Shown here: positions 11,067-22,224 of the stretch, piece by piece
Layout of the letters: each line of letters starts with the position of its first letter
Numbering within the stretch: position 1 is the first letter of the stretch
DNA from: Piromyces finnis finn
Taxonomy: Eukaryota > Fungi > Neocallimastigomycota
Length of the DNA stretch: 64,000 nt
Direction of reading: 5' to 3'
NCBI GenBank assembly: GCA_002104945.1
Contig: MCFH01000028.1
Location: 611,935-675,934, forward strand
Position numbers and translations under genes: made by a program
The notes under the pieces: model-generated
What the model was told of the DNA's origin: nothing
Seen by the model: only the letters and a program-made list of their open reading frames with translations
The model's database searches: none

Positions 11067-11083
11067 TGGTGGAGAATCCGGGC
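11067..11083 (+). promoter_or_regulatory. tRNA primer binding site of C, probably tRNA-Ala
   Basis: TGGTGGAGAATCCGGGC is complementary to a tRNA 3' end GCCCGGAUUCUCCA-CCA, which resembles eukaryotic tRNA-Ala 3' ends. It starts 6 nt after the LTR. Confidence 0.75.
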
Positions 11084-11170
11084 GATACAACAAGCAAATT
11101 TATGAAAATAGATGAGTAATAGATAGAGATTATACATAATAAAAAAAAAATATATATATATATATATATT

Positions 11171-11210
<40 letters not shown>

Positions 11211-11567
11211 TAATATATATAATAATAATAATAATAAATTATATATAACTATTAAATTATATTATTTTAATTATTTAACTTGAAGAATACACATATTTCC
11301 ACCAACCGCTTTGGGTAGATCGCGGCTGTTGAATGAAAAACTTCTTAGCTAAAGGCCTTCTACACCAAAGTCGATAATATAAGTAGTTCTAAGAATTAAA
11401 TTTATTAAAATAAAATAGTTTATATTTATATATAAAATATACCATAAATTTATAATTAATACGCGTGTTAATAATAATAAAAATATAAAAATATATACAA
11501 TTAGAAATCACGCGATATAATAAACAGACAAACAATAATAAGGGTAATATTAGTTCATCTTTGAGAA

Positions 11568-12602
11568 ATGGATTTAACTACTATACGTAAAGAGGTTCCC
11601 AAACTTGATAACTATGGGAAGAATGTATGGGAATGGGTAGTGGATATGAACGACTTTTTGGATCTCTATGATTTAATTGAGCCTAGACAAGTGTATAATT
11701 GGGCTATGGCCGCAGTAGAGTCTGATACCAAAGAAGTTGTAAGAAGGTTAAAAATAAGAAGAAATAATGAAGTCCATTACCCATCACTTAAAGAAATACA
11801 AATAGCTATCGAAGAAGATATGAAGATTACTGAGGGAGATAAATGGACCCTACTTAGAAACATGAATATTGCGGAAGGAGAAACTATAAAAAAGTTTAAT
11901 TATAGATATCGAAACTTGTATCATAATCTAAGTAGGGAATATCAGAAATTAATAACAGTGAAGGAATATAGAGACTCTATTAGTGCTCGTGTCTATCCGT
12001 GCTCCCAGGTAGGAATGTCTGATTGTGAGAACCTACAAGAAGCTTACAAAATTGCTGAACGAGCTGAAAATACTGAGAGAGAAATTAAAGAGAAAAACAA
12101 TGAACAAGTTAACCAAAGGAGAGGAACAAGGAATGTTACTTTAGCTGCCCAAAGTGATAATGTTCTATTAAATCATCCGATTTATACTGGACTTATGAAT
12201 GATAATAAAGAGGTTTCGCATAATTCATATTACGACAGGAAGAATATTAACCAGAACTTTAGATATCCATATTTCAATAGAACTAGGACTAGCTACCGCA
12301 GAGTTTATGGAGGACAGTCTAATTGGAGCAACACCAATGGTTATGTAAATCAACAGAATGATAATAATAGTAGAATGGGTTTAATCCCTTATCAAGGCAT
12401 GAATAAATCTTATTCTACAACAAGAAATGCGGAAAAAAGGGTATCCCTGATAGAACCAACCGATGCTATTCCAAGGGAGATTGATGAAAGAAATTCCGAT
12501 ATAAAATGTTTCAGATGTGGACAAAATGGACACAAACGTATAGAATGTCCATATACTTTTAAACAACTTGCTGAAATGGAAGAAAAGGGGCTTTTAAACT
12601 AA
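11568..12602 (+). CDS. Element C gag (344 aa, CCHC zinc knuckle CFRCGQNGHKRIEC)
   Basis: ORF track, zinc knuckle, and position after the PBS. Confidence 0.88.
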   Translation: MDLTTIRKEVPKLDNYGKNVWEWVVDMNDFLDLYDLIEPRQVYNWAMAAVESDTKEVVRRLKIRRNNEVHYPSLKEIQIAIEEDMKITEGDKWTLLRNMNIAEGETIKKFNYRYRNLYHNLSREYQKLITVKEYRDSISARVYPCSQVGMSDCENLQEAYKIAERAENTEREIKEKNNEQVNQRRGTRNVTLAAQSDNVLLNHPIYTGLMNDNKEVSHNSYYDRKNINQNFRYPYFNRTRTSYRRVYGGQSNWSNTNGYVNQQNDNNSRMGLIPYQGMNKSYSTTRNAEKRVSLIEPTDAIPREIDERNSDIKCFRCGQNGHKRIECPYTFKQLAEMEEKGLLN

Positions 12603-12627
12603 ACTCTGGGAGAAGGACAACTCCCAG
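12593..12627 (+). promoter_or_regulatory. -1 programmed ribosomal frameshift signal between C gag and pol
   Basis: T TTA AAC heptamer (12593-12599) directly before the gag stop, a 6-nt spacer, then stem CTGGGAG/CTCCCAG (12606-12612/12621-12627). The pol ORF is in the -1 frame. Confidence 0.8.
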
Positions 12628-13935
12628 TAAACAAACCAATCTATCGGTGGTACAACCAACGGTAGATAAAACCATAATTAATACTAATACCTCAAATAAT
12701 AATTACCGAGAGCCTTCGTCTATAACCTTGGTTGCAACGAAGAAATCAAAAGACACAAATAGCAAAGCTAAAAATGCGCACAAAGAAACAACCAGCCAGA
12801 TAAAGAGAATGCATGAGAATAAACTACAGCGAAATCCTATGCCTATTAAAACTACTGCTATGAAGTATAATGAGCAATTAGATAAGAGAAGGAATTATAT
12901 AAATAATAATGATAAGGAGATGAACTTGGACACTTCTGAAATTATAACAATAGATTCTGATGGAAAATCAACCAAAGATGAAAATAAGTTAACAGAAACC
13001 ATAGGAAAAGAAGAAATGGAAGAGGAGTTGGATGATATAAATGAAGAATTGGGCAAGAATGATAAGAGCAAAGCAACAACTCCTAAGGAAAATAGAAAAT
13101 TAAACAAAGTAGAGAAGTTAGAACACTTGGATGTATCCTATCTAAATGATAAAAGAATTGAGAATGTAAAGAAGAAAAATCGGGAAGAAAGAAATGCTGA
13201 AATGAAGAAACAAGAAAGGAAGGAAATAGATAAAATAAACCCTAACCCACCGCAAGAACAGATTTTAAATATTGAAAAACACATACGTCTAATGGATGGT
13301 TTTGAAGAGTTCAAGGTAGATGATTTAGTTAAAGAAGTAGCTTCGACAGAAGTGGTAACAAAACTTGTGAATTTATTAGACCTGTTCCCAAAATTCCGCA
13401 CAGCATTTGCCCAGAAGTTGAAATTAACACCAAAATTCAAAAATGCAGTAACAAATGCTGTCACCTTGCTTGGAGAACATAAAGTTGTCAAAGTCCGCGG
13501 GAAGGTAGAAGATGTGGAGGCTGAAATATTCTTAGATTCATGTGCCAGCGTTAATATGATAACAAAGTCAGCACTCCGCAAATTTAGGATTCACAAGCAG
13601 CCAGTAGGAAATATTACAGAGACAATATTTCAGGCATATTCCAATACTTCATCGAATACGGACATATATAAACTAAAAATCACAATTGGCGAGAAGACTT
13701 TCACAGAGATATTTAGGGTTATCGAAAAAGATGATATCTTTGATATATTAATTGGAATCGATTCCCTTAAAAGGAATAGGTTTAGTTTAAATTTTGTGGA
13801 TGATAATTTATACTACATTGATAAAAACAATTCTCCCATGAAAATTGCAGACCTCCATTATGATGTAAATCTCCAGGAATCTAAAGGGGAGGATTCAGAT
13901 GAGGAAACTATAGAAGAAATACCAATGTTAATAAC
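12599..13935 (+). CDS. Element C pol segment 1 (linker plus aspartic protease), interrupted by D
   Basis: ORF 12647-13948 contains FLDSCASVNMI and DILIGID. The frame continues at 30584 once D is removed. Confidence 0.85.
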
Positions 13936-14747
13936 TGTAAAGATATAAAGTATATCTTTAAATTATTTAATAATTAATTAATAATTATTGAATAATAATT
14001 TTGATATTTTAATGAAAAAATTGTTTATAAAATTTATTGTATAAATTTTATGGAATAATTAAATAAATATTAATTTTAAAATATCAAAGTTAGAAATGAA
14101 ATTTGGATAAATATTTAAATTAATGGATAATTAAATTTAAATATTTTAAATATTCAAATTAAATCTTAAAAAGTTTTTATTTAATTAAAATTAGTTTAAT
14201 AACTTTAGCGTAGTTTTAAATTAGCATTTTTAATTATAAATATATAATAAATAGTATTATTAATATTTAATTAATATATAGGTAATACATGGACTGTATT
14301 CAATTTGTAGTTTACTCAAATTGAATCAAAAGTGTATTTAATTAGTTTTAGTTTAGTTTTATTATTTTATTATTTAATTAAATTAGTATTAAATTAGTTT
14401 TGTTTATTTTATATTGAATATATGTATAATTAAATAGAATAGTATATTAAAATATAATTTGTAAAAAATATAAATACATGTAAAATTTCATAGTTAAACG
14501 ATGTAATTGTTATTGACTATAATTTAGTTAATAACTAAATAAGAACTAATAAAAAAGAAAAAAGAATATAAATAAATTTTGTTTTTGTTTTTAATTTTTT
14601 ATTTTATTGTGTTTTTGTTTTATTGTAAAAAATTTTATAATCTGTTTTAAATTTTATACTTTTACAATAACAATTACCTTTTTTTTTATATAAAACACGT
14701 TATAAAATTTTTTTTTAATAAAACATATTTAATATTTTTTTTCTTAC

Positions 14748-14970
14748 CTACCGTGTCTTAGGAAATATCTACCGCGTCTAAAGGAATATCTACTGTGTTT
14801 TAAAGGCGATCTACCGTGTCTTAGGAAATATCTACCGCGTCTAAAGGAATATCTACTGTGTTTTAAAGGCGATCTACCGTGTCTTAGGAAATATCTACCG
14901 CGTCTAAAGGAATATCTACTGTGTTTTAAAGGCGATCTACCGTGTCTTAGGAAATATCTACCGCGTTTAG
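14748..14970 (+). repeat. Higher-order tandem repeat in the D leader: 63-bp unit (three 21-bp subunits) x about 3.5
   Basis: Unit starts at 14748, 14811, 14874 and 14937. Subunits are CTACCGTGTCTTAGGAAATAT, CTACCGCGTCTAAAGGAATAT and CTACTGTGTTTTAAAGGCGAT. Confidence 0.95.
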
Positions 14971-15136
14971 ATTATTATTTTAGTATCATTCAAGCTTCCA
15001 ACACTATTTGGTTACTGTATTTAATTTTGTTACTATATTTTTAAGAGCTCGTCTAACACCGTTTGATAGGATAGAGTTACGACGACATCTTAATTAAAAT
15101 ATTGTAAAAAATTAAATAAGTAAAATATTAAGCATA

Positions 15137-16758
15137 TTGGAGGAAATCAACCAACTCTTATCTAACCTCCACTTAAACGAAAATATGGACCGTCAAGGGG
15201 CGTCTTTGAGGATAGTTAATGATCCTCCAACCTTTTCAGGAAGAAGACAAGAACTAGATGGGTTCTTGACCAGGGTTGAACTAGCCATTGAAGCCAACCC
15301 TGATAGATTTGTTAATGATGAGGCAAGAGTTCGATTCTTAATATCTTACTTTGTCAATAGACCTTTAGAATGGGCCGCTCGTTTAAGACAAAATAACGAC
15401 GCCGTTCTAAGAAACTATGATCAGTTTATTGCTGCTCTTCGTACCAATTTCGGGGATCCGAATAATGATACGATTGTTGCAAATGGAAGATTTTGCAACA
15501 TTAAACAAAGAAAATTTGGCAAGGTGTTCGAATACATTAACGAATTCCAACGCGTTAGCCAAAATTCGAATTTTAATGAAGCAGCTAAAATATACATGTT
15601 CACAAAGGGATTACATCCGAAAATGCGTGAACATTTAGCTGTAGTGAATCCAAATCCCTCTCAATTAGAGCGTCTTTATTCTGATGTCCTTAGTATTGAA
15701 AATCTTACTAAGAGAAATGATATCAGTGAATATTACATGACGCATCAAGACCGAAGAAATTATAACCAAAATGATCCTATGGATGTGGATTTATATAGGA
15801 TCAGTTTAGGTCAAAGAAAGGTTAATTACTTCCCTCCTCATAGAAGTAATTATGACGAAAATAAAATAAATCGCACTGAGGCTAAGAAGAATGGAGTTTG
15901 CTTTACTTGTGGAAAGTCTGGACACTTTCAATTCAATTGTCCAAACAAAAAGAAACCAAAAAATGTAAAAATTATCAAGAGATGCTATTCAGAAGACGAA
16001 GCTAGCCCTTCAATCAAGAAAATTAAAAAGGATAATCTTAATTCCAAGGGAACTTCAAACATATTCGAAATTCATAAAGGTGAAAAGAAAAATATTATTG
16101 ATTTTTACATCAAAACCAATGATATTGATGAAGTCAAAGCTAAGGTACTTATTGATTCTGGTTCCGATCTTAATTTCATCCACCCCGAGTTCGCCCGAAT
16201 CAATAATATTAAACTTTCAAATATTGCTGAATCTTTCAAGGTTTCTGGTTTAGGGCAAGGTACATCTACCGTGAAAAAGGAATCCGAAAAGTGCATCCTT
16301 CGTTTGAGAAATCATTACGAAGTCATTCAATTATATGCACTTAGAATTCCTGAAGTTGATATAATTCTTGGTGTACCCTGGATTGAAAAACATTGCCCTG
16401 TTTACTACCACGATTCTTCCAAAATTGCATTTAGCTCTACATACTGTGCCAGACATTGTAATGTGGGAAGAAGAAAGAACAAGAGTAGCACAAAGGAAAC
16501 CAAGAAAGAAAAAATATCATCAAGAAAAGAAAAAGAAGTTATTCAAGATGATGAAGATGATCAATCCTCTTATAGTGAACTTGGTTCATACAATCATTAT
16601 GAATACTCTTATAGCGACTCCAGTGATGATGAAGAAACTTTAAGTATTAGAGGCCGTAGAACCTCCGTCAAAACCATTAGTAACCTAGATAGTTTTAATA
16701 AAATTAAATTTAGTAATAGTTTAAATAATGATAATAATTGTAATTTTAAATGTATATG
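15137..16758 (+). CDS. Element D gag-protease, truncated by insertion of E
   Basis: ORF 15137-16777 has CFTCGKSGHFQFNC and LIDSGS. The E LTR begins at 16759. Confidence 0.9.
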
Positions 16759-18388
16759 TGTAACGAATATTGTGTAAGAAATAATAATTATTTGATACAT
16801 AATTAATATTTCTTAGTTAAAATCATTAATTATTAATCATTAATTAATGTTAATAATATTAGTCTATTTAAATAATTATTCTCATTTAAATTTATTTTAA
16901 TTATTTATTTTCACTTAATTTTAATATCTTAAATTACATTTAACCATTTAATTATATTATTCATTAATATTTTATTTAATATTTTTATTAATTATATTTA
17001 TGCATTTAACTAATTAATTTAATTAATTACTTTTATTTAACTTTATATTTTTATTAATTATATTTATTCATTTAATTAATTAATTTAATTAATTACTTTT
17101 ATTTAACTTTATATTTTTATCAAATATATTTAATTATTTATTTAATTAATTACTTTAAAATAATTATTCATTGTTTAGGAATCGATATTTTAAGGTTTTT
17201 TCCAATTTCTAAAATAATTGGTTTTACTTAAAATATACGATGATCAATATGTATAGAATGTTGATCGAACTTTGTTTAGGTTTTTCTTCTAATCTTTTCC
17301 TAAACAAAAAATTATTTTGTTAAGATTAGATAAAATTTTAATTTAAACTTTAAATTTATTAAATAATATAAATAAAGACTCTTGATTCCCTTCTAAGAAA
17401 TCAAGAGTTATTATTATAAGAAACAAATTATAATAATAAAAAGCGTTTTTAATTTTATTTTACTTAACTTAGTTATAATAAAACATATTAACTTATTAAA
17501 GTGTAAAATTATTTCTACTCTTATAATAAACTCGAACTTAAAGATAAGTATTAATATTTATTTTCTTTTTATTCTCAATTTATCAATAAATTGTAGTTAA
17601 TAATTCTATTGTATAATAATTTATAATGGAATTATTACATATTGATAATGAAATTAGTAATATTGGTATATTGGTAAATGTCGAAATTAATCACGATAGA
17701 TGTCGTGGGTTCGACATATAACTTTACCAAATTTAAAATAATAATTTTATTTTATTCATTGATTTTAAAAATTTTTTTTTAAATAGATATTCCGATAAAT
17801 TTATTTTAAATTTTATTGAAATTAGCCGAGACCAATCAAATATCGGAAATTAAAATTTAATTACTAATTAATACTATTATCTTTCCGAAACCTAAATTTT
17901 AATTAATTTTGGAAAAGTATAAAAGGAAAGAAAATTTACAAAAAAAAATTGTTTTTTGTGTTTTTATTAATTAATAATAAAAAAATAAGTAATTTACACA
18001 AAATTATAAAATATTATTTTATAAATTAAATAAAGAAACTTAAAAATAAAATAAAATATTTTTATTAATATATTAAAAAAAACATATTACTTAAGTGGAT
18101 ATACTCGCCTATTGTGTACAGAAACGTTTCTATATAAATATATTATTTTTATAGAAACATTACAATAAAAACACCCTAAGAAATATACACAATACCCTTG
18201 TATATCAAAGCATATTAAAATTTACTTATTGCTGATAAACTCCTTCGAAATCTTTTGAACTACAGTAAACTATACTGAAATCTACTGGGATTATATTAAA
18301 ATTTTTTTTTTTGAAATCTATTAAGATATTCTGAATTCTCTCTACCATCAAACTCTTTTGAAAAATACTCAACTCTTCGAATCTGTTA

Positions 18389-18423
18389 TCTTTTGGACTC
18401 TCTTTTGGACTCTCTTTTGGACT
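18389..18423 (+). repeat. 12-bp tandem repeat (TCTTTTGGACTC x about 3) in the E leader
   Basis: Read directly from the sequence. Confidence 0.85.
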
Positions 18424-18504
18424 TTGGGCTCCCTTAAGCTTCTCTAATTTCCGATTTCTTCTTCTCTTGCATATTTCCTAAAAAAAAAAAAAAAAAAAAT
18501 AATT

Positions 18505-21500
18505 ATGGAACACGAATTCTTAAATACGAATAATAGTAACTTAGATAATGCAACTTTGAAAGATGGTTTAGCAGGAGACCGTCGATTTTTCAAAGGATTC
18601 ATTGCTAAGATGGAACTTATATTTATGCTCTATCCAGACCGTTATGTCAGTGATACAGATAAAGTCGTATATTTGATATCTAGAATGTACGGGGATGCAA
18701 TGAATTGGATTGCTTCTCTGATAAAAAACAATGACCCATGTTTATATGACTACGAAGCCTTTGTTGGAAAGCTAAAAGCAATGTACGGTTCTTCTGATTC
18801 AGCTTTCGTATCCAATAGGAAACTCAGGACAATAAAACAAAGACGTCTAGGTAATATACAAAATTATATCCTAGAATTTAATAAGTATGCGGACGAATCT
18901 ACATGGAATGAGGATGCAAAGATGGATGCTTTTCTGGAAGGCCTTCAAGACCCAATAGCTAGTAGAATTCTTGAAATGTTCCCTGGACCGAAAACACTAT
19001 CTTCAATGCAGACTATCGCTACTAGAATTGACTCAAGAATATCCGCTCATAGACAATTGTTTGGTAATGGAAAAAATTCTTCTAGTAAAAGCTCATCATC
19101 TAATAATACGAAACAATCTAAACCTTTTATTAAACACCGAGGTCCACTCACAAAAGAAGAAAAGGAACGTAGAAGAAAAGAAAATCTTTGTTTATATTGT
19201 GGATCCGCTCAACATAAACTAGAAGATTGCCCATTAGCTAATAAGAAGAATAAAGCACCCTCAAGCTCAGCTTTTGTTTCCAATTCAAATACAAAATTAC
19301 CTGCTCGACCAAGATTATCAGATAATCAAAATATAAGACAACCGATTCTAACCACCGAACTAGCCTTCGCCGGAACTTCTACCACTGTCAAGCTTCTCTT
19401 AGATTCTGGTTCTGAATTGAACTTAATGGATGTTTATTTTGCTAAGGAAAACAACATTCCATTTGATTCCAGTTCCATTCCCCCAAGAATCTCTGGAATT
19501 GGAGGAATGCAACCTATTTTAGGTAAAACTCTTCCTATTTCCTTAAAATATAAGAATCATCAATGTCAAACTGAATTTTATGTTTTGGATCTACCTTCTT
19601 ACTGTGGAATCCTTGGAATAAATTGGCTTAGTACCCACAACCCGACAATTGACTTCGCCAATAAAGAAATATCATTCAAATCTAACTATTGCCTTTCACA
19701 TTGTATAGTTATACCTAGCTCTTTCACAACTCATATCATTGAATCCGAATCTCCTAATGAATTAAATTCAGAAGAGAAAATAATGGAAATGTTACCCTCT
19801 AAGCTTAGATCTTTTAAGGATGTATTCGACGAAAAATCAGCAAATACCCTTCCTCCACACCGTCAATATGACTGTGAGATCAATCTCAAACCAGGATCTC
19901 AATTATTTTATGGACCAATTTATCCATTAACAGAAAAGGAATCGACCGCACTTAAAGAATATATTGATGATAATTTATCAAAGAGATTTATTAGAAAGTC
20001 GAAGTCACCAGCTGGGGCTCCAGTACTATTTGTGCCTAAGAAGAATGGCGACCTACGTATGTGTGTCGATTATAGACGCCTAAATGAGATCACAATCCGT
20101 GATTCGTATCCGCTACCACTTATTAATGAAATGCTAGAACAGCTAGGAAAAGGAAATATATTCTCAAAATTGGATTTACGTTCAGCATATAATTTGGTTA
20201 GGATCAAGAGCGGTGATGAATATAAAACCGCTTTCAACTGTAAGTTTGGCCATTTCGAATACTTGGTGATGCCCTTTGGTCTGAAAAACGCACCCGCGGT
20301 TTTTCAGCACTTCATTAATGACGTTTTGGATGGTATACTCGGTGAATTTGCCTTTAGTTATATCGACGACATTTTAATCTTCTCAGAAAATGAGACTATT
20401 CATCTCAAACACGTTGGTGAAGTTCTTACTAGGCTAAGGAAAGCTGGCCTATATGCAAAAATTGAAAAGTGCCAATTTTTTGTCCCATTTCTCGACTTCC
20501 TTGGACATCGAATTGCTCACAATGGGATATATATGGATCCTTCCAAAGTATCCTCAATTCTTGAATGGCCCGTTCCTTCCAATACTAAAGAACTTCAATC
20601 ATTTTTAGGCTTAGTTAACTATTATCGACGCTTTATTCCCAACTTCGCAAAGCGTTCTCAGCCATTAACCCTTTTCCTCAAGAAGGGTATTAAGTTTGAA
20701 TGGACTAAAGAATCGCAAGAAGCCTTTGAAGACATTAAGAAAACGTTCTCTTCTGCCCCCATTTTAGCTTATCCTAACAGGAAACTTCCATTCTTGGTAG
20801 AAACTGATAGCAGTAACTTCGCCATTGGAGCCATTCTCTCGCAAAATTCCCTTTCAAACAACAAGGTTCATCCTATAGCTTTCTTTTCTAGGTCACTCAC
20901 TGCTGCGGAAAAAAATTATCCAATTTACGATAAAGAGTTACTAGCAATCGTTGACTCGTTAGAACACTGGCGTCATCTCCTAAAAGGAACCTCCATTCCA
21001 TTCACAATCTTCTCTGATCACAGAAACCTATTATATCAAAAGAAGCCCGAGAAGATGACCCAAAGGCATGTTCGTTGGTCCCTTTTTCTAGCCGAGTTTA
21101 ATTTCAACATCAGGTATCGCTCCGGCTCCAATAATGGAAAACCTGATGCATTATCTCGCAGACCTGATTACGCTTCTGCTCCTGATAATATGGAACCTAA
21201 TTCAATCCCTCTTTCTGTTCTTCGCCCTGAAAACTTTTGTGCTCCCGCTTCAGTTATTTATTCTCTTTACGAAAACATCTTATCCGAATTAAAAAATGAC
21301 AAATTTTATCAAAATATTTGCTATTACCTCGAATCGAAGAATCCTCCGGTCCCACACCCAAGTATTGATAAGTTCTCCCTAAGTAACAGTTTTTTATTAT
21401 TCAACAATAAAGTTTATGTCCCAAAGAATTGCCGTCCTACTATCTTAAATATTTGTCATGATTCGCCTTCTGCCGGACATTTTGGTATTAAAAAAACAAT

Positions 21501-21583
21501 CGCCCTCGTAAATCGTGATTTCTGGTGGTCTTCTTTAATCCCGGACGTTAAAGAATACGTTCGCTCTTGCGAAATTTGTTGCC
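18505..21583 (+). CDS. Element E single-ORF gag-pro-RT-RNaseH-integrase N-terminus, truncated at the HHCC motif by F
   Basis: 1027-aa ORF with CLYCGSAQHKLEDC, LLDSGS, YIDD and TDSS; its RT/RH is highly similar to A1. Confidence 0.93.
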
Positions 21584-22224
21584 TGTAATGGCGACACAGA
21601 AAGAATAGATTAGGATATCTATTCTATTACAATAACACTAAATTTAAAATAAAAATAAAAAATTGTTTTATTTAAAAATATCTTTTATTATAATAGAATT
21701 TTAATAATAACAATTACATCGATAAAATGATGAAAAATATCTTCTATTTATATTTTTCCTAAATACATTTATATTATATTATAACTATTTATTTCTTATA
21801 TATTATTATTTAAAATCTACACTAAAATCTTAATTATTAATAAATATTTAAACTATAACTATTTTTAGTAAAATACAATTGGCAATTCAAATTAAGTACT
21901 ATTTAATTTGAATATGTGCCCATGTATTATTGATATATTAATCATTTATTATTTATCTATTTCTATAAAAAAACAATACTAAAACTAGGGATTTAAATTG
22001 AGAATATTAATTTACTTGTTAAACATTAAAAATAAATTAATAATTTATTTTGTTTTAAACTTTAATTATTAATAAATAAATTATGTCTCATTTTCTTTTT
22101 CTGAATATAATTTGTGTAACTTAAACAATAATACTTGTGGCTTAAGTTACATTAAAGATATCAAACAGAGGCGTTTGATATCTTTACAATCTCTCTCTCT
22201 AAGTCGAGCTCCTGCGAGATTAAT

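Larger units (their letters stand above)
16759..21583 (+). mobile_element. Element E: chromovirus of the A1 family, 5' portion only
   Basis: 5' LTR about 16759-18164 (TGTAACGAAT...CATTACA). PBS ATAAAAACAC 18165-18174 is complementary to 17958-17967. gag-pol follows and is cut by F at 21584. Confidence 0.85.

Noticed and set aside
14748-14970. CRISPR-like appearance of the leader arrays (also 27055-27177)
   Set aside because: The units are head-to-tail with no unique spacers, there are no cas genes, and the context is a eukaryotic retroelement.
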